Assembly (NCBI GenBank): GCA_964513385.1
Contig: CAZEMC010000007.1
Span: 21,552 to 85,551, forward strand
Direction: 5' to 3'
Length of the DNA stretch: 64,000 nt
DNA from: an uncultured Candidatus Saccharibacteria bacterium
Lineage (GTDB): Bacteria; Patescibacteriota; Saccharimonadia; Saccharimonadales; UBA4665
Positions 24,776 through 36,562 of the stretch are shown one piece after another; the stretch's first letter is position 1, and each line of letters starts with the position of its first letter. The notes under the pieces were generated by a model that ran no database searches, had not been told where the DNA came from, and worked only from the letters and a program-made list of their open reading frames with translations. The position numbers and the translations under genes are program-made.

Positions 24776-24894
24776 TCTCCTGTATGCGAATTGTATGCCA
24801 AAATGACCAGAGTGACCCACGCTGCTATCTACTCGCATACTGCTGCGCTTTCCGCTATACTGAAACGTAGGTAATTCTAAGGAGAACTTGCTAC

Positions 24895-25461
24895 ATGACA
24901 ATCATTCTTATCATCGTCGGCGTCGTGGTCGTGCTGGGCATCGTCGTGGCGGCGCTGTACAACAGCCTGGTGACGTTGAACGTCCGGGCCAACGAAGCCT
25001 GGAGCGACATCACGGTCCAGCTGAAGCGCCGCGCCGACCTCATACCGAACCTCGTGAACACCGTCAAAGGCTACGCCACGCACGAAAGCGGCGTATTCGA
25101 AAAAGTCACTGCTGCGCGTGCCGCTACCCTGAATGCCCAGACGCCGGAACAAGCCGCCAAAGCCGAGGGCGATTTCCAGGCGACCATGAAGAGCCTGTTC
25201 GCTGTCGCCGAGGCGTACCCCGACCTGAAAGCCAGCCAGAACTTCCAGCAGCTGCAGGCCGACCTGACCGACACCGAAGACAAAATCCAAGCCAGCCGCC
25301 GTTTCTACAACGGCGTTGTCCGCGACTTCAACACCAAGCGCACCGTGTTCCCGACCAACATCTTTGCCAAAATGCTCGGGTTCAAAGAAGACAAGCAGTT
25401 CTTCGAAGTTTCCGACGCAGAAAACGCTACTATCCAGGCCCCCGTCGAAGTCAAATTCTAA
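24895..25461 (+). CDS. lemA: LemA family protein
   Basis: N-terminal TM segment, then LYNSLVTLNVRANEAWSDITVQLKRRADLIPNLV. SD AAGGAGA upstream. Confidence 0.9.
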   Translation: MTIILIIVGVVVVLGIVVAALYNSLVTLNVRANEAWSDITVQLKRRADLIPNLVNTVKGYATHESGVFEKVTAARAATLNAQTPEQAAKAEGDFQATMKSLFAVAEAYPDLKASQNFQQLQADLTDTEDKIQASRRFYNGVVRDFNTKRTVFPTNIFAKMLGFKEDKQFFEVSDAENATIQAPVEVKF

Positions 25462-25467
25462 TCTTTC

Positions 25468-25535
25468 GTCATTCCGAACTTGATTCGGAATCTTCTAAAG
25501 AGTCGTAAAAGATCCTGAATCAAGTTCAGGATGAC
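25468..25535. repeat. GTCAT...ATGAC MITE-like element, copy 4
   Basis: GTCATTCCGAACTTGATTCGGAAT-22 nt-CCTGAATCAAGTTCAGGATGAC. Fills the lemA-htpX spacer. Confidence 0.7.
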
Positions 25536-25560
25536 GAATCAGGAAGTCCAGTCAGTATTT

Positions 25561-26425
25561 ATGTACAGTGAAATAGCCAGTAATAAGCGGAAAACGGTGT
25601 TTATAATGCTGGGGTTCCTGGTGTTTGCCGGGGCTCTCGCGTGGTTGCTTGGCGCTCTCTACGGCCAGAGCGCTATGTATGGAGTGCTCGTTTTCGCATT
25701 ATGCTATACGGCTATCATGTATTTTGCCGGTTCGCGGTTGAGTCTGGCGGTGAACGGCGCACGTGAGATACAGAAAAGTGATAATCCACGGTTGTGGCGT
25801 ACGGTAGAGAACCTGGCGATTACCGAGGGGCTGCCGATGCCGAAGGTGTATATAATGGACGACCCGGCGCCGAACGCCTTCGCCACCGGCCGGAATCCTA
25901 GCAACAGCGCCGTATGTGCCACGCAGGGCCTGCTCGACCTCATGGACGACCAAGAGCTGCAGGGTGTGATGGCGCACGAACTCGGCCACATAAAGAACTA
26001 CGATATGCGCGTCAGTATGATAGCCTTCGCCCTGAGCGCGGTCATCGCTGTTTTGGCAGATTTCATTTTGCGTATGACCTGGTTCCGTGACCGCGACAGC
26101 GAAAACAACAACCAAGTGTTGATGCTGGCCGGTATCGCCGCCGCCATCATCGCACCGCTCGTCGCCACCATGATTCAGTTGGCCGTGAGTCGCAAGCGCG
26201 AGTTCCTAGCCGACGCTACCGGTGCGCTTACGACGCGCTATCCGGAAGGCCTCGAGAGCGCGCTGGCAAAAATCGGCCAGGCCGGCAGCGCGACGAAGAA
26301 GCAGAATACGTCGACCGCACACTTCTTTTTCGCGAATCCACTCAAGGGTAAAAGTATCAACAGCCTGTTCAGTACGCATCCGCCTATCGCAGAGCGTATC
26401 AAGCGGCTGCAGGAGATGGGGACAC

Positions 26426-26433
<8 letters not shown>
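25561..26433 (+). CDS. htpX: HtpX-like M48 zinc metalloprotease
   Basis: HELGHIKNYD and multiple TM segments. The start may instead be ATG 25531, which lies inside the repeat. Confidence 0.85.
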
Positions 26434-29445
<3,012 letters not shown>

Positions 29446-29493
29446 CATCTCGCGTGATTGTGAGAGACTGGGTAATCATAACAGGAGGTTGGT

Positions 29494-29688
29494 ATGGCAG
29501 TAGAGACAACAAACCGGATTGACATTGGTGAATACGCTCAGCAAAACCCTGACTCTGAACTTTTGCGGCAACTTGGTGTGGCTGCGGAAGACGGCGCTAG
29601 CCCGTATTACAGTGAGTGGTGGAATGATTTACGCGCGGAATATGTAGCGGGTACTTTGCCGTTGGATGCCGCCACGGCAGCAATATAA
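29494..29688 (+). CDS. hypothetical small acidic protein (64 aa)
   Basis: Strong SD AGGAGG 6 nt upstream of the ATG. Confidence 0.5.
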   Translation: MAVETTNRIDIGEYAQQNPDSELLRQLGVAAEDGASPYYSEWWNDLRAEYVAGTLPLDAATAAI

Positions 29689-29816
29689 GTGTTATACGGT
29701 GTGTCGACACGAGCCGCGCAAGCGAAGAATGGGTTGCCAGCCGAGCGCGTGGGCTTGTTGCGGGCCAGAAGGTCGCTGTACTCGATGGTCATAGCCTTGA
29801 CCCGCAGCAAAGCGGT

Positions 29817-30449
29817 GTGCTTGCTGCACCCGCGACAGCTGTCTTTGGCCACCCATACAACCCTGACAATACTGAGTATCCTTGTATTCAATATGGTTTA
29901 CAGTTTGAAGATCGGAAAGGTGTACAACCAGTTGAAGTAACTAGGGCACTGCTCATCGGCGAAGAAGAGATTGTCGATTATTATGAAGAGTTTGTCGGGG
30001 CGTCAAACAATACAATCCGCCCCAATGACAGGTATGTTCCGAAAGATGTGCTAGTGACTGCCGCAACGGTTGAAAAGCTAAACCTAACAGAAAGCAAATC
30101 CCGTTTTGAAAAAGTGCGTGACCAGCTGGTTATGCTTACGCATCGGCTCGTGCTGCCGGAGCGGGTTTGGCATGCTCCACTCGATAGCTACAGCGAGGGT
30201 TGGAACTACTTAAGCATAGTAGAGCTGTTGCCGGCTATGCACATTCTCGACCCGTCGGGTACTGATGAGGTTATTCGCCAGTTTGCGACATACGGTGGCT
30301 TTTTGTCCAAGGAATACGAAAGTGTCCTGGTCGACGCTCTGGCGGCCATACGAAGTCCAAAAGCTCTCGACAGTCTCAGCCCAGACGAGCAGCAGATGTG
30401 GAAGCACTTGGCAGGGGCCGAAGTATATCAGATGAGAATCGACGCCTAA
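29817..30449 (+). CDS. hypothetical protein (210 aa)
   Basis: Long ORF with only a TTG start available and no in-frame ATG near the 5' end. No recognisable motif. Confidence 0.45.
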   Translation: MLAAPATAVFGHPYNPDNTEYPCIQYGLQFEDRKGVQPVEVTRALLIGEEEIVDYYEEFVGASNNTIRPNDRYVPKDVLVTAATVEKLNLTESKSRFEKVRDQLVMLTHRLVLPERVWHAPLDSYSEGWNYLSIVELLPAMHILDPSGTDEVIRQFATYGGFLSKEYESVLVDALAAIRSPKALDSLSPDEQQMWKHLAGAEVYQMRIDA

Positions 30450-30555
30450 GAAGCGGACGATGAGGCCGATATGATAGACCGAGCAGCTGCTAGTATTCGC
30501 GAGTCGCTTTAAATAGGGTTACGAACCGGGACATTTGGGGTAAAATAGCCCTGTA

Positions 30556-32361
30556 ATGGCAGAGACGGAAAAGAGAAGTTTGACGCTGCGGGAGCAGGTG
30601 CGGGCGGTTGCCGGTGTGGCGAAGCTGAGTTTTAAGACTGCTCCGGGAGCTGTCATATTCAAGTTAGTCGGTGCGATTATAGATGCGCTCCTCCCGATAG
30701 CGACGACATACTTTGCCGCCAAGACGACTACTGCGCTCGCCGACGCGTATAATGGCGTGCTGGGCGCTAAAGAGCATATCTTCACATACATCCTTATTAC
30801 GGCAGGCTTAGGGCTCGTCATGACCGTGTGGAGCAGCTTTGACTCATTGGTGCAGTCAAAGATGCGCTACGTCGTGGAAACGAAGGTTAGCAACAAGATG
30901 TTTGAGCATTTTCTGTCGCTCGACTTCTGGCGGTACGACGACAAAGAGACGGCCGACCTGTACGACCGGGCGCAGAAGTTTTCACAGTTCTTTGCCTGGG
31001 TGTTCGACCGCATCGCGTCCATTGTATCGCAATTGATTACGACAGTGAGCGCTGTCGTCGCCCTCGCTTTTGTCAACAAAGGCCTAGCGCTCGTAATCTT
31101 GCTTGCGATTGTGCCGGGCGTATATGTGCAATTCCGTATCTCTCGCCAGCAGATTAAACACTGGAACGAAAACGTAGAGACACGTCGTATGCTGAACCTT
31201 GTGGAATGGGACATGCTCCAACCCCGTTTCATCAGCGAGCTGCGTCTGTACAACGTTGTAAACCATTTGCTTCGGCTTCGTATAAAACTTCGTGATAAAG
31301 ACCAGAAACAGCAGCTGGAGATAGATAGGAGAGGTATACCGCTCCGTCTGCTTTCCGATGTGCTTGAGGCGTTGGCGGAGGTCGGTTCTCTGCTGTGGAT
31401 AAGTATGCAGATTATCGCCCACAAGCAGCCGATAGGACAGTTCATCTATGTGCAGCAGATTGTTTCACGCGCTATCAGCAGCGCGAACGCTCTCGTTTCT
31501 ACCCTGGCAAGTATAGACGAGGATGTAGCCAACTTGTTTGATTACGAGCGGTTTATGCAGCTGCCCCGTCGTCCGGCGCATGGCAGGCGTATCGAATCCG
31601 TGCCGGAATCGATACGATTTACCAATGTTTCGTTTGCCTACCCCGGTAGCGAAACAAAGTACGTTTTGCAGAATGTAAACCTTGAAATAAAGCGCGACCA
31701 ACACATAGCGATAGTAGGCGAAAACGGCGCTGGTAAGTCGACGTTCATAAAACTGCTGACCGGATTGTACGAACCGACCTCCGGCACCATACGGCTGGAC
31801 GGGACAGCACTGAATGACATAGACATCGTGTCGTGGCACCGGCAGCTTGGCGTGCTGCAGCAGGATTTCATATCGTATGGTTTTGCTACAGCCCGCGAGA
31901 ATGTTGAGTTCGGCGATGTAGATGCTCCGAAGGATGAAGCTAAGTTTCAGGAGGCGCTGCGCGACGCCGAGGCAGCTGAGTTTTTGCGTAAACTGCCGAA
32001 AGGTGCCGATTCCTACGTCAACAACTGGATGGAGGATGACGATGGCAACAAAGGCACTGACCTTTCCGGCGGGCAGTGGCAGCGGCTGGCGCTGGCGCGT
32101 GATTTCTACCGCGCTGCACCCATTATTATCCTCGACGAACCGACATCGGCCATAGACGCACTGGCAGAAGCACGGATTTTCGAGCGATTGTTCAAGGGCC
32201 GGCAGCGGACGGTTATAACCATCAGCCACCGCCTATCGACTATCAAAAAAGCGGATGTTATATATATGCTCGAAGACGGCAAACTGGTCGAAACCGGTAC
32301 GTACGAAGAGCTTGTCTCCAAAAAAGGCAGCTTCTACACTATGTTCAAATCGCAGCTATAA
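30556..32361 (+). CDS. ABC exporter, fused permease/ATPase (MsbA-like)
   Basis: Six-TM N-terminal domain, Walker A GENGAGKST, signature LSGGQWQR, Walker B IIILDEPTS. Confidence 0.9.
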   Translation: MAETEKRSLTLREQVRAVAGVAKLSFKTAPGAVIFKLVGAIIDALLPIATTYFAAKTTTALADAYNGVLGAKEHIFTYILITAGLGLVMTVWSSFDSLVQSKMRYVVETKVSNKMFEHFLSLDFWRYDDKETADLYDRAQKFSQFFAWVFDRIASIVSQLITTVSAVVALAFVNKGLALVILLAIVPGVYVQFRISRQQIKHWNENVETRRMLNLVEWDMLQPRFISELRLYNVVNHLLRLRIKLRDKDQKQQLEIDRRGIPLRLLSDVLEALAEVGSLLWISMQIIAHKQPIGQFIYVQQIVSRAISSANALVSTLASIDEDVANLFDYERFMQLPRRPAHGRRIESVPESIRFTNVSFAYPGSETKYVLQNVNLEIKRDQHIAIVGENGAGKSTFIKLLTGLYEPTSGTIRLDGTALNDIDIVSWHRQLGVLQQDFISYGFATARENVEFGDVDAPKDEAKFQEALRDAEAAEFLRKLPKGADSYVNNWMEDDDGNKGTDLSGGQWQRLALARDFYRAAPIIILDEPTSAIDALAEARIFERLFKGRQRTVITISHRLSTIKKADVIYMLEDGKLVETGTYEELVSKKGSFYTMFKSQL

Positions 32362-32362
32362 G

Positions 32363-33856
32363 CTAGCCTGCTAGTGTACCATAGACCTTTATGGGGTATG
32401 GGTTACCGTTGGCGTCGAAGGCTTGGATGTCGGCAAGCTTCTGTTTGGTAGCGCCGTAAGACTGGATATTCACGGCGCCGGGTGTCGGGCCGGTGTCGAA
32501 ATCGACTCCGCGGTAGGTCAGTTTTACGGAGCCGCCCTCGGCGTAGATACCGGTATGTAATGTGTTGAGCGCTTGCGAGTCGCTGGGACGCCCTGGTTTG
32601 CCACCCTGCCCCATGTAGTCGGACCAGTTCGAGCCGCCTATCCACTCGACCTCCATACCGGCCTGGCACTTTTCGAGGTTCAGGCCAGAACCGCGGTTCC
32701 AACGGCAATTGACATTCTTGAGCGTGTGCTTGCCTGAGCTGTTCCATATGGTAAGCATGCCGGCATAGGTTTCGCTGGCATCGGTGTTTTCTATAAGCCC
32801 GCCACCGGTACTACTGTTTATCATTATCGGCGAAGTACCAGTGCGCGCACCGGTGCTGTCGCGGGTGCCAAGTACGCAATTACTTATAGTGTAGTAGCCT
32901 GTTCCGCCACTACAGACTCCGCCCGCCTCGCCGTTCGGCACGCCCTGGAAGCCATGCCAGGCCCCTGTCATGTTCAGTCGTTCGAAAACCGGTGCTCCTT
33001 TGCTGGCGACGATGCCCGAGTATGCCACTCCGCCTAAACTATGCGAACGCATGGTAAAGTTACCGAAGTAAGGGTCGTTCACGACGCTTTCGATGACCTT
33101 TTCCTGACAGCCTACCAGCTCGCTCTGCACAACCCCGCTCGTATTCGTCCAGTAGCGGCCGGGCGAGACCCACCCGTCTGATTGTACACTGCCCTTGTCT
33201 TCGATTTGTGGTTCCTGCGTCCAGGAAGATTGACTTATTTCTATGACCGCTCCTGGGCCGAGGCCCACTATACCGCGGCGTGCCCGGGCCATAGCGAACC
33301 AGGTGCGGGCGGTACGGATGTTCTTATAGCGGTTTACGATGGTGAGCTGGCCGTTGCGGCCGGTAACCGAAGCGACGCCGGCAGCTCGGAAGCCTTCTGA
33401 CGAATCGATGACATAGGGCTGTGCTCGCTCGGGTAGGACTAAAATGTCGTTATCGCCGAGTTCGAGCGCGAAGATGTCTTCCAAATCTCGTGTTGCTGGC
33501 CACGCATTGTTCCACATAACGTAGTTGGCGGTTGCGGGCGTTCGCAGGTTGGCGCGGGCAGTTGCTAAGTCAGGGTAGCTTATGGGCCCGCGGGCTGCCG
33601 AGCTGCTACCGAACTGCACAGCTTGACCACCGGAGGCACCCGTGTCGGCTACGGTGGCAGCACTGCCAGACGGCGTTCCCTCTTCTGGCTCAATGTCCGT
33701 TGCGGGTGTGCTTGCTTTGGATGCAAGCTGACGCGCTACGCCTACAATACCGAAAACTGACATTACGGCCAGCAGGCCGTATACCAAGAATTCTTTGCGC
33801 GTCATCTCTCGCGACAGTAGTTTCCCCAGGTGTTTGCTCATAGCATTTCTGCTCAT
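32363..33856 (-). CDS. secreted right-handed beta-helix-like protein
   Basis: N-terminal TRKEF motif plus hydrophobic segment and an IEPEEGTPSG module shared with the GH16 gene. Gly/Asn/Thr-rich repeats are consistent with a parallel beta-helix. Confidence 0.55.
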   Translation of the reverse strand: MSRNAMSKHLGKLLSREMTRKEFLVYGLLAVMSVFGIVGVARQLASKASTPATDIEPEEGTPSGSAATVADTGASGGQAVQFGSSSAARGPISYPDLATARANLRTPATANYVMWNNAWPATRDLEDIFALELGDNDILVLPERAQPYVIDSSEGFRAAGVASVTGRNGQLTIVNRYKNIRTARTWFAMARARRGIVGLGPGAVIEISQSSWTQEPQIEDKGSVQSDGWVSPGRYWTNTSGVVQSELVGCQEKVIESVVNDPYFGNFTMRSHSLGGVAYSGIVASKGAPVFERLNMTGAWHGFQGVPNGEAGGVCSGGTGYYTISNCVLGTRDSTGARTGTSPIMINSSTGGGLIENTDASETYAGMLTIWNSSGKHTLKNVNCRWNRGSGLNLEKCQAGMEVEWIGGSNWSDYMGQGGKPGRPSDSQALNTLHTGIYAEGGSVKLTYRGVDFDTGPTPGAVNIQSYGATKQKLADIQAFDANGNPYPIKVYGTLAG

Positions 33857-33940
33857 AGTTTAGCATAAGGTCGTTAACCTACGAGGAGCCGGATAACTTA
33901 TGACTGGCGCCTTCCAGGGCGGTGGCCTATACTGGCAATA

Positions 33941-34504
33941 ATGCGGACACCTCTCTTTATAACCGGAAACCAGAACAAGGCGGATTTCTTGGCGAAATGG
34001 CTTGGCATACCCCTGGACCACCAAAAGGTCGAGCTCGACGAGCTGCAATCGCTGGACCTGCACGAGATTGTCGAACATAAAGCCCGGCAGGCGTACGAAA
34101 TCGTGCAGCGGCCGGTGCTAGTTGAAGACGCCGGACTGACGATTAGTGCCCTAGGCAGGTTGCCAGGCCCATTTGTGAAATGGTTTCTAGAAGAGCTTAC
34201 GCTTGAGCAACTGTGTAACCTTGTTCCCAAAGGTGTCAGCAGAAACGCCACCGCAATGGTAGATTTCTGTTGGTTCAATGGCGCGGAGATTCGGTTTTTT
34301 GACGGTGCGGTAGATGGCCTGCTGGCTCCGTTGCCACGTGGTACGGCGGGTTTCGGATTCGACCCGATATTTATACCTGGAGGTAGCCAGCACACGTATA
34401 GCGAAATGACTGACGATGAGCTGGCGGCGTTCGGGGTGCGTACCACCAAGGTCTTTCCGCAGCTCCGCGAGTTTTTTCGGGGTCTTGACAACACAGCAAA
34501 ATAG
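33941..34504 (+). CDS. rdgB: non-canonical purine NTP pyrophosphatase (RdgB/HAM1)
   Basis: FITGNQNKADF, LVEDAGL and FGFDPIF. Confidence 0.85.
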   Translation: MRTPLFITGNQNKADFLAKWLGIPLDHQKVELDELQSLDLHEIVEHKARQAYEIVQRPVLVEDAGLTISALGRLPGPFVKWFLEELTLEQLCNLVPKGVSRNATAMVDFCWFNGAEIRFFDGAVDGLLAPLPRGTAGFGFDPIFIPGGSQHTYSEMTDDELAAFGVRTTKVFPQLREFFRGLDNTAK

Positions 34505-34610
34505 CTTATGATTAAAGTAATTCGTGCGTCGCATGGCGGCGCGTGAAACAAAAACATTTCAAACAAAAATGTCCCTCACCCGTCGCCGGGTGGGCACGCA
34601 CGAAAGAAAA

Positions 34611-34634
34611 GACTGGGTTTCCGCCCGGTCTTTT
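34611..34634. terminator. bidirectional terminator between convergent genes
   Basis: GACTGGG-TTTCCG-CCCGGTC followed by TTTT, with an A-rich tract upstream. Confidence 0.6.
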
Positions 34635-34647
34635 CATATGGTTCGCT

Positions 34648-35502
34648 TTAGGGCCCAGGCGCTGTGTATGTGACAGGGTTAGAGCTCGCGGATGCAGTGC
34701 TGCCGTCGGAGCCGATGCTGATAATCTGGTAGGTGTACGGAGTATCGGCCGCAACGGAGTCGTCGAGATAGGTCGTACCCGAGTAATTGTCCTCTAATGT
34801 TGTGCCGCCGCGTACTATCCGGTATGCGGTGGCGGACCCGTCGGCAGGAGCGCTCCAGCTTACCGATATCTCGGGCGTACTATCTGAGGCGGTGGCTACT
34901 ACGTTTGTCGGCGGGCTGGCGGGCTGCGCGGTCGTACCGGAACCTGGGTTCGGGTCTGAGCTTCCCTGTTGGGTTTGGCCGCTGTTGCCACTAGCTGTGC
35001 TACCAGTGGTGGCTGGCGGAGTGGTTGCTATGGCGTCGGTGCTCGGTTTGGTGCCGGGCGTGACGGTCGAAACGAAGTCCGCCGGAGGTGTGTTTTGCGT
35101 GTCGGCGTCGGTGTACACCTTGGCGACCACTTGATGTGTGCCGGGCTGGAGGCTCTTTTCGTCTATGCTGACCGTGAACGGCTCGCTGTATGCCGCGCCA
35201 ACCAACCGGTTGCTGACGTAGAACTCCACCTTTTGGACCTTGGCGGTTTTCTTGGGCGTGACCGTGAACCTAACCTTACCTGGCAGCTTTTCTACTAGGG
35301 GCATGGCCAGCGTGTCGGCTGCGACTGCAGTCTGCTGCACCGGTTTGGCACTGGTGACCACTGGGGTTGTGGTGTGGGTGGTTTCGGCTACGGCGGTTTC
35401 TTCGGCACGATGCGTCGCGGCGTACCACACACCGCCAACTACCGCCACTATGACCAGCGGTGGAAAGATACGGTTCGTCCAGCGGTGATTCACAACGCGC
35501 AC
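34648..35502 (-). CDS. membrane-anchored surface protein with Ig-like and fibronectin type III domains
   Basis: N-terminal TM segment. Ig-like segment KVEFYVSNRLVGAAYSEPFTVSID. FN3-like C-terminus (PTNVVATASDSTPEISVSWSAP...YTYQIISI). Confidence 0.7.
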   Translation of the reverse strand: MRVVNHRWTNRIFPPLVIVAVVGGVWYAATHRAEETAVAETTHTTTPVVTSAKPVQQTAVAADTLAMPLVEKLPGKVRFTVTPKKTAKVQKVEFYVSNRLVGAAYSEPFTVSIDEKSLQPGTHQVVAKVYTDADTQNTPPADFVSTVTPGTKPSTDAIATTPPATTGSTASGNSGQTQQGSSDPNPGSGTTAQPASPPTNVVATASDSTPEISVSWSAPADGSATAYRIVRGGTTLEDNYSGTTYLDDSVAADTPYTYQIISIGSDGSTASASSNPVTYTAPGP

Positions 35503-35584
35503 TCCTTACGTACAATTATCTTCACTATACATAAGCATACTTACAGCTGCAAGCGTACCACAGCAATAATTCTTACAGATACGA

Positions 35585-35614
35585 TTGAGTTTTCCTGCCC
35601 CTTTCAGGTATAAT
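35585..35614 (+). promoter_or_regulatory. sigma70-like promoter upstream of tRNA-Trp
   Basis: TTGAGT (35585-35590), N18, TATAAT (35609-35614). Confidence 0.35.
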
Positions 35615-35653
35615 TCCCCTGTCGTACGGTAGTCGTATAGTTGAATAGTCTTA

Positions 35654-35721
35654 TTGTCGGATAGTCTTATTTGAACTGTCTTCGACAATACGACAATCCA
35701 GACTGTCAGACTATCCGACAA
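35654..35721. repeat. 14-bp perfect inverted repeat in TAGTC-word leader
   Basis: TTGTCGGATAGTCT (35654-35667) / AGACTATCCGACAA (35708-35721). The right arm ends 3 nt before the tRNA-Trp 5' end. Confidence 0.6.
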
Positions 35722-35724
35722 CAC

Positions 35725-35800
35725 AGGGGCGTAGCTCAGTTGGTAGAGCACCGGTCTCCAAAACCGGGTGTCGTCAGTTCGAGTCTGGCCGCCCCTGCCA
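35725..35800 (+). tRNA. tRNA-Trp (anticodon CCA), CCA encoded
   Basis: AGGGGCGTAGCTCAGTTGGTAGAGCA-CCGGT-CTCCAAA-ACCGG...GTTCGAGTC...CGCCCCTGCCA. Confidence 0.93.
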
Positions 35801-35816
35801 TGAATACAAAGTGTAA

Positions 35817-35840
35817 AGTCCGCAAATTGCGGACTTTTTT
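35817..35840 (+). terminator. intrinsic terminator after tRNA-Trp
   Basis: AGTCCGC-AAATT-GCGGACT followed by TTTTTT. Confidence 0.75.
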
Positions 35841-35861
35841 GTAAGGGAGTTTATGAATCAT

Positions 35862-36428
35862 TCAGAGCTTGTATGTGGTGAGGCTAGGTGGGTTTACTGA
35901 TGCGTGGGGTGTATCATCGATGCTTGAGACGACAAGCTGAGTTACCATACCGGTACATACATGGTTCGGGGGTATTTGGCGTATAGCTTCTTGGAACGCC
36001 CCTTCGGCGAGCTCTCTGCCGATGGTTATGTGGGGCTTGAAGTCGTGTTCGTACCCGTATGATGCAGGGTTTTCGTAGTCACTGAAATCTTTCAGCGCTT
36101 CACGAATGGCCGTTTGGAACTGCAGCAAGCGCGTATCCGGCTGGCTGGCGAACAGATATATCCAGCCAGTGCCGTCGAAACTGTCGTGTTCGTCCAGCTG
36201 CAAATCGTCAAATTCGACGGTAATACCATGTAGTTTCTCTTGCCATTCGTGCAGAACGGTTTTGGTAAGCTGTCGGATTACCGGTAGCTGCTTGTCCCCC
36301 ACCCGTGCGGCCTGTTTCAGTGTCAGATGAAACGGATAGGGTTTGTCGTATTTATCGCGGAACGTCGCTAACCACTCGGGTGTTTCAGCAAGTCGTACTT
36401 CACAGTAAACGGCAAATATTTTTTCCAT
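35862..36428 (-). CDS. 2H phosphoesterase superfamily protein (LigT / 2'-5' RNA ligase-like)
   Basis: Two HxT/S motifs: FHLTLK and PHITIG. Confidence 0.7.
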   Translation of the reverse strand: MEKIFAVYCEVRLAETPEWLATFRDKYDKPYPFHLTLKQAARVGDKQLPVIRQLTKTVLHEWQEKLHGITVEFDDLQLDEHDSFDGTGWIYLFASQPDTRLLQFQTAIREALKDFSDYENPASYGYEHDFKPHITIGRELAEGAFQEAIRQIPPNHVCTGMVTQLVVSSIDDTPHASVNPPSLTTYKL

Positions 36429-36562
36429 AGATTTATCCTAGCAGATAGGAATCCCTATTTGGATTATTTGTTTTTACGACAGTATTGTAACGGGCCCATG
36501 ACGAGAAAATGTTTACGTTTGTGGGGCTTAGCGGTACTATATGGGTAACGTAAGATTTATAC

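Noticed and set aside
24373-24894. Replication origin at the strand-polarity switch
   Set aside because: No TTATCCACA-type DnaA boxes were seen by eye, and there is no dnaA, dnaN or AT-rich unwinding element. It is kept only as a low-priority check.
33898-34566. 222-aa minus-strand ORF over rdgB
   Set aside because: It is antisense to a clear RdgB/HAM1 frame and has a Ser/Arg-rich composition.
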